The notes under the pieces were generated by a model. It searched no databases. It was not told the DNA's origin and saw only the letters and a program-made list of their open reading frames with translations. DNA of 64,000 nt from NCBI GenBank assembly GCA_003344405.1, contig NOWV01000002.1, positions 496,001 to 560,000 on the forward strand, read 5' to 3'. The translations under genes and the position numbers were made by a program. Positions 51,318-64,000 of the stretch are shown in pieces. The stretch's first letter is position 1. Every line of letters starts with the position of its first letter. This stretch comes from Trichoplax sp. H2 (taxonomy: Eukaryota).

Positions 51318-54300
51318 TTATCGAGTGATATAACCACTAATTCTGTAATAAATGAAGATAAAGTTAAGGCGCGTACACCAATTCAAAGTAAGAATTGCAT
51401 TAAATACGATAGTAACTATAGTTAAAACTAGTGCCCAATAATAAACTTACTCGAGCTTGCCAATCTCTTCCCCATAGAGTGTCAAACTTGCTACATAGCT
51501 TTTGCTTTCATGTGTCATGAAAGTTGTTAATGGAACGTGACAAGCGCCTATACAGAAAATAAATCATCTAATTTAGGGAATATGTAGATTATCATTAAGA
51601 ATTTTTATGAGGTACATCTGTATGCAACCATATGGTGCTAGTACAAAATGTGCTATAAAGAGGTATACTTGTAGAGCACTAGGGAAATAACAAATAACCA
51701 AGACTTTATAATATCGCAAAGCACATTATATAATAAAAGTATAAATACTAAAGTTAATTTGTATGCGTATATAAGATTATCGCTACGTACCCAAATATTC
51801 TCCATTATCACTTGTTTTTAAAGATACTAAAAGCGATTGGCGTTCAAGATATTCATCAAAAGGGTATTTTGCTTTCATCTAGATAGTAAAGGATAGCAAC
51901 TAAATATTTCAACTACAAGAAATGATGTTAGATAAACATTATAATAAAACCATTATCATCAATACCCTGTTAGGAAGATCAGAAGATTCCCACAGCGGAC
52001 AAAGATGGATTTGATTTGATGGGATTGATGAATGGGGTATTTGTGAAGTAATTGAATTTATTTGCCATCCTGAGGTATTAGGTGCGCTTTCTACGGGATC
52101 TGCATGCGAATAAAAGCGTTTCCGAATCGCAAGATTTACAATTAACAAAGTCCTTAACGAGAATTAGATGAAATAAAATCGTAGATATTGCATTATTTAA
52201 CATATTTCAGAAATGTGGTTTTTATAATCGATCAGATTATATTTACCTTCTAAACAGGACGAAACAAATTCTAAAGTGAAATGAGCAACATAGCGTTTAA
52301 CTGAACGGATCTGTAAGTAAATAATATCTTATTTTAATATCATATACCGTACAATTGCACAGGATCTTACTAAAATGAATTAAAGTGAAAATATTTACTT
52401 AAAGATGAGACGTTAGTAAAAACAAATAATTAAGCTTTCAAAGTTATTAAAAGTAATAATTCGGTTGAATTGCTAATCAATCAAGATTTGACTTTAATTT
52501 TTGAAGTCAGATAAGCACGATAGTTAAAGTTTAATAGATTGATGATACTGAATATTGATGGGACGATAATCTCAGCAATGTAAGGCATTGAGGATCAGAA
52601 CAATAGACGACGTACCGCAGCATGAGCATTCAATATTGCAATATACGCGGGCATCTTATGCGGATTATAATTGAGCTTTTTCACTTAAACGTGCGAGTTT
52701 TATAGTCAAAATTAGTAGTTAAAACAGTTTTATAAAAGTATATATATACACATAGAAATTTTTTTGTGATAATTTGTAACCTAGCAAACGTTCCAAATTT
52801 TTATCCAGTATTTACTAAAAATGCACATATTATTAATAACAATTACACACACAGTATGATAATAAGTTTCCGTAAACTTACTAATATCGACCAAACGGTT
52901 ACTATTAACATCAGTTTGGTACAATCCAAAAACAGGCAAATGATCGCTTGTCAGTATATCATGAACGGATCCTACACAAATTTAAATTACGGATAATTAT
53001 AGATGCTACGATATCTGATTGATGCTGTTGCACAAGTAAGCGTATTTCGTCTTCTAGCTAAAGTAGAAATATTTATAATTCACTCAATCACTTAATTTTC
53101 TCATACAGAAAATGTACGATGATAAGAATAGGCAAAATTAGCTTTATTGACTCCACTCAGTACCTTTATAGGTAGGTAGGAAAATCAAACAAGCTTGCAT
53201 ATCAGCATTTGTGAGAACAAAAGTAACAGTGACTTGATGCATCGTTTTATAACTATGACTAAATTATTCAAAATTCTTTGCTATAACAAAATCTAAGTGC
53301 TTTACTGCACGTATATTGTGGTAGCAGTCTTCGGTAAGGTATTACAATTTGCCTGCATATGTAGTTCATGTACACGTACTAATTTTTACTATGGACTAAG
53401 AAAGAAACTGCATCTAGTTTTGAGACAACTTTATAATGTCACGAAAGTACTAATAGCAAATCATACCGTATGATATACATTCCATAGCAAGACTTGGATA
53501 CGACTTCCATAAGATACGATCACACCAAGAAGGTGTATTAATTGCGTTCTAAAAATTATATCTAAGATTAGATGTAGACTATTTATAAACTGAAAAGAAA
53601 AGTAAAACATAGCATTAAGTTAATCATGCTTACTCTGCCTCCTGGTCTCCTCTTGAAACAATCATATGCATCATCTTTACCAACCACTAAGCGATAAGTT
53701 GGGGGAAACTTCAGTTCTCTTTCACCTGCATAATCAGTTATTTAGTTAATAATAAATAATCGCATAATCATATCCGATATCAAAACAGGTAACATTAGGT
53801 GATCGTTAATATTGTAACGTCAGTTCAGGTACCAATTTTAATAGACGAAATCATTTATTGTATGTTTTATCCCACGACAACTTATCATCAAATTGAAATG
53901 TCTAATTTTGTGATTAATCTAAAGCTATAGTCAGCTCGTGACATACGCCAATCAGTAAATACACTGCCATTCAACTTCTCTTGATGCAATTGGTCTACTT
54001 GAAATAATTTGGCAAAATTTCTACAGGAAATACCATTATTGGCTTCCTGAAATGATAAAAAGTTAAAAGCGCTACCTTAAGTTAACCTGTCGTAAGATAT
54101 GCTAAAATTTTAAAGACAGTTTATCTAGTAGTGAATCAGTTTACAAATGAAAAAGGGTGCTGAATTAAATATAACTTTTCATGTTAATGAATTGCACAAT
54201 ATCAATCAACCAATTGATTGATCACAGATGCAGGGAACAAAAATTTAAAGGCTTGAGATATTTCCACTAGAACTGAAACAAATATAACTGTATTCTTAAA

Positions 54301-57300
54301 GGCTACTAAAGAAGGAAATTACCGGAACAGCCATCTCTAATCTATAATTCAAATCGCCAAACCAAAAGATATGATGAAACTGATGTGTAACGTCCGTTAT
54401 ATTTGGATTTAGGTCTCCCAAGCATAAATTACGGGCAATGGCTTGAACGTTATCTTGTCGCCTATAGAATGCCAAAACTTGTGTAACTTTACTTCAATTA
54501 TAATAATAAAGCCTTACCATCGGTTAAATTAATGTAAAAGTAATCTCTAACATTTTATTACACATCAATTGAAGTTAGTGTCATGAGATTGATTTTTACC
54601 TTTTCTTTTCTTCAACTCTCGCAGCTAAATGACTATTGATGAAACAAAAATTTGTATCGTCTAATCGAAATGATACGGCTACACCGCCTTTATTACCTAC
54701 AAATATAGATTTAAAATACTTTCAAAGATTAATTCTCGATTATTTACAGATTGGTGCTGAGTACATAGCAGTAAGGGATCTTAAACGCTATTTATACATC
54801 AGAAATGTCATTTGTAAATCGTTACTGAAATTTTACCGAGTGTGCCTCCTGCTCCAGTCCTAACTTGAGCGGATTTAACGTCAGTAATTCGGAAAGCAAC
54901 TTCTGGCCGGCATAATATTACAATCCTAATTCCCCATAAGCTATTCACTTGTACCTACGTAATTGATTAATTAATATCACGATATAAACTTCCTAAATCA
55001 ATATTTACTATTAATTAAATTAGTTAATTTAACTAATTAAATTAATTATATAAAATATTAGAATCAACAGATCGTCCTACCGTACTATAATCCAAATTAG
55101 TGATTTGATACAATGAATTTTTCAATTTGTCAACCCACTCTGATTCGGGGATTGATGAACCCTCCTTTGTTTAAGATTAATAGTTGAGAAGGCTAACTTT
55201 AACGATAGATATATGGATCGTGATATCTAATGCATATATCACCTAACTAATTACTGATAGGAGCCATTTAGATAGTTTTTACTTTATTACTATACATCGA
55301 TAGTGTACAGTATATCTACCTGTGTACCGAAAGCATAGATATCAAATGCTATATCAGCTTTCTTGTTCAGTTTTATGCCTTGGCCGTGACACAGCGGCCA
55401 TGATTGTATATCATCTGGTGGACGTTTACCACCTATGATATGGCATTCATAAAATATCCATTAGTATCAATTACCGACTTAAAAATGTGCAAAATAGAAT
55501 TTAGATCTGTTTGCAGATACCCATATTCCATGTACCAACAAAGATATTGATTTTATCGCTGTGTTCAGATGTATCTGGGTCTTTTAAACTCTCTACGCCA
55601 GAGAAAAACTGTTGCGCTGACTATTAACATAAACCAATACAAATGCAAAGCGTTATAATTTCAGAGGGTTAAGATTGCTGCTTTCTATAATTACTTGTGA
55701 GTTTATTTGCAGAATCAAACTTACGCGCGCATCTGGAAATCGAAAAATATGCCGCCGGCTAAATTTGCCTTTACCGAAGATTAATTTCAATTTCTGAAAG
55801 TCTTCCGGATCTTTAATAACGCGATAAACTAGAAAATTGATTGATTTATTACTGAAAATCTTAACAGTTCATTCGCCAGCGAGAAGATTGACGTAGAAGC
55901 GATTGCATCATGAGAATCGTTAATTAGAATAGTATTACTTTCTGAGGGGAGGGTTTTAGAAATAACCGTTCCTTCTTCCGAACTAAGCAAAATTTCCAGT
56001 TGTCCTACAGACAGAATTTACGAAAAATTTCAATAACGTGATTGACTACAAAAATAAGTTATTTGGCAGCAAATATTTATGCACGTTAAATGTTACTAGC
56101 GTATAATCCAAAGGGATTAGTAATTGCAAAATTGTTAAAATGTAAATATCAAGAGTATAAAACATACTCTTGCTAAAATCTATTTTAATTGCGGCTTCGG
56201 TGGTTTTTCTCTTTTCGGATAGGACAATTACCTAAAATGGAAGTTCGATAGAGATACAATACATTAAGATCAATCACTAAGAACTGTCTTTTAGAAAGCA
56301 CACTGATTATATTGTTGATAATAAATTAAACGACTACGCTGTCAATATTTGGATAAAATGTCAAGTTTAATGCTCCTTTGCATCTCACTTTGTAAGATCG
56401 ATTCGGCAAACGAACTTCCCGAGGTTCATCTGCATCCGGAGATTGTCTTGTAGCAGGATCATGATCATCATCTGAAGTCCTTGCTGGGTGAATATCGTCA
56501 CTTTCGTTACTAGATGTATGATCAGTTATCATTGCAGAATCTCCACTATTTGAACCAGATGATGAGGGATTATCAGCATCAACGTCAGCTTTCAGTAGTT
56601 TAAAGAACTAGGTTTGAAATTTAAAACAAATATTTTCATTTTCATCTTAAAGTATGTATGAGAAGAAACGGAACGGAGTGGTATGATTTAATGACAATTA
56701 CTTCTTTAAAGTGAATCTCTCTTCGATATCAGTGCGTCACTATTTCAGTCGGTTTATTGATTCATTATACATGTGCATTTTTACCAAGTACGGCGATAAA
56801 TAAATTTAATATTCTTATTTTACCTGGTCATTAACGTTTTGTAATAATTGCCGGCAAGAAGACAACTTATTGACTACCGCATCAACAGTCAGTTCCATGG
56901 GTGAATCATCGTTATCAGGTCGTATTCGATAAAGGAAGTCCAGTGAATCCGGAGCGGGCTAGATTGTATTGTGGAATATAGTATACAACAGTAAGTCATG
57001 GATTAATTTAAAATTATAAAAATTACTCGGGTTTAAAGTAATCCTAACGAATCAATATGTAAAAAATATTATACTCTAGAATTTACACTACCAGCTCTCA
57101 ATGGTATAAAAATTCTTCCTAATTCACCTCGTCATGATTGCTACTTAAGATTAGCAACTCTATTAGCTTTTGAGCATAAAGTGTCTGTATTATACGCTTA
57201 CAATAGCTACAGGGTCTAGCTTTATTCCATATGCTGTACATAAGTGTAAGCTACATAATTCTGCATAAAGTATTTATGGTTTTAATTGCAGCGCAAGTAT

Positions 57301-60300
57301 ACTGTATATGGCATGCATCACTTGCAGCAGCATCCTTTCAATTTCATCATTGAAATTATACAGTAATTTATTGAATACTTATCGTAAATTTCACGAATTT
57401 AAGTAACCGTAATACAACAGATATACAAATATAAATATACGGATAGTTTCTTTACAATCCTTAGTAGAGTAGTACAGTATATTGATTATTATCTATAAAT
57501 CTGTGATATTAACCACTGTGACTAAATATGCAATATATTAGAAAGAATTAATTATTAATTATTAATCGATAAAATTTTTCTACAATAGACCGTTCTAAAC
57601 GGATAATTACAATTATCATATCTTTATAATAGTTCTCTATATATGAGATTGTAATTGCTACCTTACCTGCGCAATCCTAGTTGTAATCTGTGCCATAGTG
57701 TCCAAGTAACCATTAAAGTGATCAATCTCGCTAGAAAATACGTATTATCATAAAATATTGGCTAACATATTTGTGATAATATATCATAAGAAAATGGTAA
57801 TCTAAATTGCTACCTGTTCAGTTGCTTTGACAACAAAGCTAATAGTTCTTCAAATTTCGTACAACGACCGCTGTTATTTGTTTTAATGTCATTTAAGTCG
57901 TCTAATACTTCTTTATCAAAATAGGTTTGCATCAATTTGGTATGTTCATTAGAGTATCTATATCGAGATTAGGTTTAGCTTAGCGCATAATATCATTAAC
58001 AAATAAGTTTCATACAATGTTATCTACAACAGTTCTATACATAGCTGATATATTGACTTTTATCGGACCTTGTAACAAATACGAAGATATGTTTTTTGAT
58101 AGCACATAATTAAATTAAGCTCACCCTAAGGAAGGTATACTCCTGTTAGCGATCTCTTTAAGTAATGTTTTTAAGCTGTTTTCATAATTTGATTCATCTT
58201 TAGAAATCAATGAAGGAAGAGTATATGAATCATAAACAATTTATTTTAATGTCAAAAAAGACAAGTGGATGATTTGCTACAACTAAAATATAGGCGTCGA
58301 GGAAATTGCTCGAAAATACGTGAAACTGCTAATGAAGTGTGAAAATCTTATTATTTTTAATCTCGATGATCAAATTTGTGTATAACAATGTAATACTGAT
58401 ATGAAATACGTGTACTATTGCGGTACAATAGTCAACAACAATAACTGTTAATATCTTTACGGAAATCAGGTTGAGCGATAACTGGTAAGAGCAATATTAA
58501 GTATAGGGTATATTGTAAAGTCGTGATGTTTATTTTAATTTATTGTACGCAATTAATAAATGCTATAACGTTTATTGGCTTAGAAGTAAAATAAGTATAG
58601 TAATAGAAATACCTTCTTCTGTTGGTATTGGTGTTGGTGGAAAGACTGACTTAGTAAGGGGATGCGCTAAGCCTTGGTTAGGCTGCCTGAAATGCTTTAC
58701 CAGTTCGTCCATACTGCTGAAAGTCTTTTCGGTAAATCCTTCACACTATTATAAACAAATAAACAGCTCATTTTTAGACATAAATCTCATATTGTTGCGA
58801 TTAATTAGATGGCAGTGATATTAGTCACCTATTTTCTATTTTAACGGCCTTAATTACTTTGTACTGTAATATTTGATGCTAGTTGCTTTTAAAAATTAGG
58901 TGAACCTTCTGCAGTGCTAAATTTTATGTTAGGTAACTAATATTATATATAGCAAATATAACAGTAAGAAAATTCCAAAATAAAAGTAGGCGAAGTGTGT
59001 TATTCTTTATCCAAACACGCATGCATAAAGGTATTGCAGGGAAGTGAGTTCATGCATGCTTCATACTATTTTTACTAAATATTAAGCTATTACAACATGA
59101 TTTAACTATCAGTTCTTTGGTACGGTAAATACATATAAAATTGATTGACATTTTTTATTAGCTGTTCCATTATGGCAATAAATAGTAAAATTTTAAGTTA
59201 TCACTTACCACAAATCGGCCATGAAATACTTTTATCCTATGATGGAAGAATTTGTTGCGATATCTAAGAGTGATATATATATATTAGAATAATGTCATTA
59301 TTAAATTCATTTTCGAAGAACAATAAATCGACACTAATTACACATGTAGTGAAAAGACCGAAAAAAATGAACTCCAATTCTTTAGCGGTATTCTATTTAT
59401 GATACTGTAGATTTTTTTACTAACATAGCTGTTAGATGTTATTTGGTATACTGTAACAGATTGATTGCTTAACATGATCCACAGATCGCCTTAAACGTTA
59501 ATGAATATTACATTATTCAGATACAGATAACTGATATCGTAAATGTAAATCCCTTTTTCAATCATGGATTACTAAATGGTTCTAGTATTTTACATACTAA
59601 ACTATCAACTCGGTACTATTTTTTAACAATATATTGTAGTGCTTTCTTGGTATTATCTTTCTTCATACAATCTACATTACTGAAAGGTTAATTATAGCTT
59701 CTTTGACAGACAATGTAGAGGAGGACAAACATCGTAAATCAATGATAATTATAAATTTAACGACAATAGATAGCTATCGTACTAGATAAAGCAGTTAGTA
59801 CGTCTATCGAGTAAATGGAGTGACTTGAAGTAACCATTCTAATAGTTAGTCAATGATCACGAAAAGTAGTACAGTAGTAGTATATATGGGTAAATATAAC
59901 ATGTAACTGTAACAAGAATTATATAGTATACTGTATTAGTGTATACAGTACGTAAACTAACTGCTTCATAAAAGACAATAATTTAGATAGTGTAGCTAAG
60001 GAGCAAGTCTGATTTAGACGTAAAATTACAACTATTTGACTGTTCCATGATTGGTTGTCACATCGAAAAGAAGAACGGAATCATATCGATAGGTATGCAT
60101 TCCATATTGTCTATGCGTTTTTAAGGTGTGCTTACGATACAATTCCCAGCAGCTCATTTCCTATTGACTTAACTTATGATATGTTAGAGAGGATGAAACG
60201 GTATAAAGTAATCTAGTTATTAGAGTCTTACATATGAACAACTTATCCAATCGATCCATTACCGCCAAAAATGTAGTGTAAATATAGTGAATTAATGATA

Positions 60301-60888
60301 TCGGATATCCTGCAGCGACTTAGGATAGGTAAAGAGTATTGATTATCATCTATTAGTGCTCTTCTCCTGTAGCTAACAATCCAATTTGCAGTCATTTCTT
60401 TGAGTATCAGACTGATAGATCTTTTTTAGTGTATTTACAAATACAGTCTTTAACTAGGGCCAGGAGATACTTAATAAGGTATACCTTTAGGTTTAAATTT
60501 ATTCGATACACCAATACAGTGATTAATTGGTGTTATCCTGCAGATAATTTAAGACTTGACTTCGGAATCGAATCAATCGTATGATTGCTGTTGCGATTGC
60601 ATGATTATATATCATATTAGGTCAGGAATTAACTCCTGATTTATAATTAGTTGTGCAAATTTTACATTTATCGTTCGTAGTATGATAGAGCAAGTTCATG
60701 TCTGATCATAACAGTCAGTTTTTTTAATAATAAAATCCATAAATACTGTACCTTATTGATAATGCGAATGTGCCCGGTACACGATGACTAGGTCTGATTA
60801 GGAAGGCACCATCTTGGTCTTCTAGTCTGAGTAGGTCTTCAGCCTGTTCATAGGAAACGTCAATGTAATAATTGGCTAAGTTCTCCAT
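51318..60888 (-). CDS. SHIP-like paralog C: SH2-containing inositol polyphosphate 5-phosphatase with C2 (INPP5D/INPPL1 family), about 27 exons
   Basis: Start [56 protein letters not shown]|..[22 protein letters not shown] (SH2). Then [95 protein letters not shown]2 ends GEEIGKLD|GYITR*. Confidence 0.88.
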
Positions 60889-61947
60889 GACTACTCAAAA
60901 TGACCTCTACCTAATTTATATGGACCAGAAGAAAGAAAACGAAATTAATAATAATTCGAAGTTACTGTAGCGTTGAATCAGGTAGCATAAAACGTGACTG
61001 GCAACGTTCACATATTAGTCGCATCCATAGTTCTAATGTGCGAATCATGTGATATATTAAGAATTGCCTTAAATTATGCAGTAATAATGTCGTGACTATC
61101 GATAATAATATGTAATTGATCCGATTAATATTGGAGAAAATGCAATTTTTTCAACATGTAATGAAAGTTTAATTGGATCAGACTCGATTCATGCAATTAA
61201 CCTTCAAGGTGTAGCAGCTCGGTGACTCTGAGCGCTACAAATGATGATAAAATAAAGGAAAACTTTACGATACGTAACACGCCACCCGAAGTCCGGTAAA
61301 TATATATATGTATATTTAGGATTAGTTTGCTCAACATGTTCGAAATATCAACAGAGTGCAGAGTGTATTAGATAAGATTCTGGAAATACTAAAGTGTCAA
61401 TGACCAGGAACATCGATTTACTATTAACGTTTGTAGAAATCAGGAGAATTGATTTCAACCAATTAATCGTCTTATCTACAATACTATTTTACTGCCAATT
61501 GCTTGACCATTTTAAATTATTTACAAATTGAACATGAACTTGATTTATTCCGGTTGTACACGAGTATACTGCAAGTCGGGGTCTGCTCTACTTAAGAGTT
61601 TCAATATTAGTATGATAGTCATCACAGGAAATGATCACAATTTTAATTTCAATGATACCATCTTGATAGCAAGCAATCAATCGATGCTGTAATCTAATGA
61701 AATATTTTTGATGGGCTCTTTAACACCGCAATGCTGCATCCTCAGTACAAAACTATGGAATTATGACATCCAGGGCAATAGCGATTCATGAATAAGACGT
61801 TGCAGGCTTGATTAATGATTTGCTATGATTGCAACTAAACTTTGACAAATACTCACGCTGACTACGGTGCCAAATTCAATCATTTCAACGACTCAACAAT
61901 AGCAACATCAGTCTCATTTCAACTTGCCTCAATTTTTCGATTGAAAA

Positions 61948-62484
61948 GCTCTATCAGGCTTGCTCAATATCCAAACTTTCGCAATATTCTCCTGATTACA
62001 GCGATCTTGAAACTCCAAATCACTGTTTTCACCCTTTTGTTGATACCGTCTATCCAGGAAGTTCTACTTTTATGCTTGTATGGCTCTATCAGGCTTGCTC
62101 AATATCTAAATTTTCGCAATATTCTCCTGATTACAGCGATCTTGAAACTCCAAATCACTGTTTTCACCCTTTTGTTGATACCGTCTATCCAGCAAGTTCT
62201 ACTTTTATGCTTGTATGGCTCTATCAGGCTTGCTCAATATCTAAATTTTCGCAATATTCTCCTGATTACAGCGATCTTGAAACTCCAAATCACTGTTTTC
62301 ACCCTTTTGTAGATACCGTCTATCCAGGAAGTTCTACTTTTATGCTTGTATGGCTCTATCAGGCTTGCTCAATATCTAAATTTTCGCAATATTCTCCTGA
62401 TTACAGCGATCTTGAAACTCCAAATCACTGTTTCCACCCTTTTGTTGATTGCGTCTATCCAGCAAGTTCTACTTTTATGCTTGT
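61948..62484. repeat. Tandem array of 4 near-identical 135-bp units
   Basis: Units start GCTCTATCAGGCTTGCTCAATATC at 61948, 62083, 62218 and 62353. Confidence 0.95.
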
Positions 62485-64000
62485 ACTGTACTTTTATACA
62501 GTATAGTACAGTCCATTTAGTGATTGGTTGCTGTTGACAGTACAGTACTGCACAGGATGGTACTTTGTACTATATCGTTCATCCTCATAACAGGGACTAC
62601 TGGAAAGAGGAGGAGTGTCAGAGTGTAGTTGAAATAACCAGCCAAAAAAATGGTCGGCCTCCATATTGCTTACGAAAGTTCATGATAATTATTGTTATAA
62701 TAACTCGCCAAGAAAGCCGTCCTCTCCCTCTGGATCACCTTGTTTGCTAGCTTTTGCCGAGGGCTGATTGCACCCTGGGGTAGTAGTCAGGGACATCCAG
62801 ATGCTAAATTGCTAAGTTGGTTTTGTGCAATATAATATACGGTTTCATGGATACCGTAGAGTAGAAGGAGTAGAAAAATGAAATGATCAAACTCCGTATT
62901 ATTTTGCAATGGTGACGGTTTGACGTCCCTCTTGCTTTGCCTTTTTTATACAGTATAGACGTTTTCGAAATCCAACCTTCTTTTTCTGTAACAAACGAGC
63001 GCTTCTGTGCAAATGTCCCTGCGGACAGACATTCCAGCTTTATGGATGAGATTGAATTGCAAACTTTACACTCCAGTTTAGGCGTTATGACTGTTTACAG
63101 TAAGTTGAATTTCCTTGCAGAAATGATTAAACTGTACATTTAAATGAAGGTAAATTTGATTAGTTTTGATAGATTCCTAACCCACCCTCTCTCATAAACT
63201 CCCAGCTTTTATACCCTCGACGGCGGATTATACCGTAGGGTATCTGCAAAACCGAGCAACACTTGCAAATCCTAACCGTACAGGTCCTTGTCCTAACATC
63301 GCTATTTTATGTCATAGGTCTTGCACTAATCTTAGCACTTTCGAAATGGCAGTAGAGTACAGTACAAGCTGTAGTTGTGGTGAAACTACGCCATCATAAA
63401 CTCTATCTGTTATATCGATACCAAAGCATGACCATGGAGAAGAATCGAACAGGTTTACTAAAAACTACCTGGTAGTCACACAAGACACAAGTCATAAACT
63501 CACAATACTATACAGTTACTGTACGAAAAATTTCTCATTCGCAAAGTACATTGCAGTAATAGTTTATTTATTTAAGAAAATTTATGACATATCACCGCAC
63601 AGTGGGACGGTATAGTCAGATCAGTATTAAAGTTGAGTGGAAAGGTCAGAGAAATTAGCTTGCTGTAAATGAATGCAGCAGTTGCTTTCAAAAATTGACA
63701 GCCATAACGATGATCTCACCTTTCATTTTAGTCAATTTTACGGTATCTTGCTCGCTAAAGAACGGAACAATTGTATAATGCATCATTCATATTATAGTAC
63801 TCATATATAAGAAGACGGCCAAAACGCGTATAACAGGTTAACGTGATGGCTGTCAATAAATTTGATTAGGCTGTTGTTACTGGTAAAAATACCTTTCGGT
63901 AGTGAAAGACAGCTTGGCCAAGATTGTGTAGTTCCAATCCTAAAGTACACGTACATGTATTCTGCAATTCCATAGATATCAATGCCACAATTACTGCCAT

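Noticed and set aside
61842..62537. 156-, 144- and 63-aa repetitive ORFs
   Set aside because: By-products of a 135-bp (multiple of 3) tandem repeat. One frame is broken by a stop in unit 3, and no domain is recognisable.
62770..63200. GC-richer stretch with an open minus frame (KLECKVCNSISS..SFVTEKEGW), perhaps a transposon relic
   Set aside because: Only a vague zinc-finger-like resemblance; cannot be assigned without a search.
63893..63940. Possible minus-strand exon of a gene beyond the window edge (a fourth SHIP copy?)
   Set aside because: Splice-like ends are present, but no frame resembles SHIP C2 or another recognisable protein.

Overview
AT-rich, gene-dense eukaryotic DNA with many short GT-AG introns. 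The gene content is animal; a compact early-branching metazoan such as a placozoan is my inference, not proven. Left third (1-19.4 kb): a decayed Merlin/IS1595-like transposase fragment, ANKRD39 (+), MPG (-), OAF (+), a compact 9-exon gene joining an IQCJ-like IQ region to a SCHIP1-like C-terminal coiled coil (+), MFSD1 (-), a 5x103-bp tandem array, and an SLC19A transporter (+). Right two-thirds (20.9-60.9 kb): three tandem minus-strand SHIP/INPP5D-INPPL1-like genes (SH2, helical/PH-like, inositol 5-phosphatase, C2). All three appear to end right after C2. Two keep the catalytic motifs. The third keeps open, in-phase exons but has lost essentially every catalytic motif and carries tyrosine docking-like motifs, so it is a candidate SH2 pseudophosphatase adaptor. 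A 4x135-bp array lies near the right end. Gene models were spliced by hand, and family assignments rest on remembered sequence motifs, not database searches.
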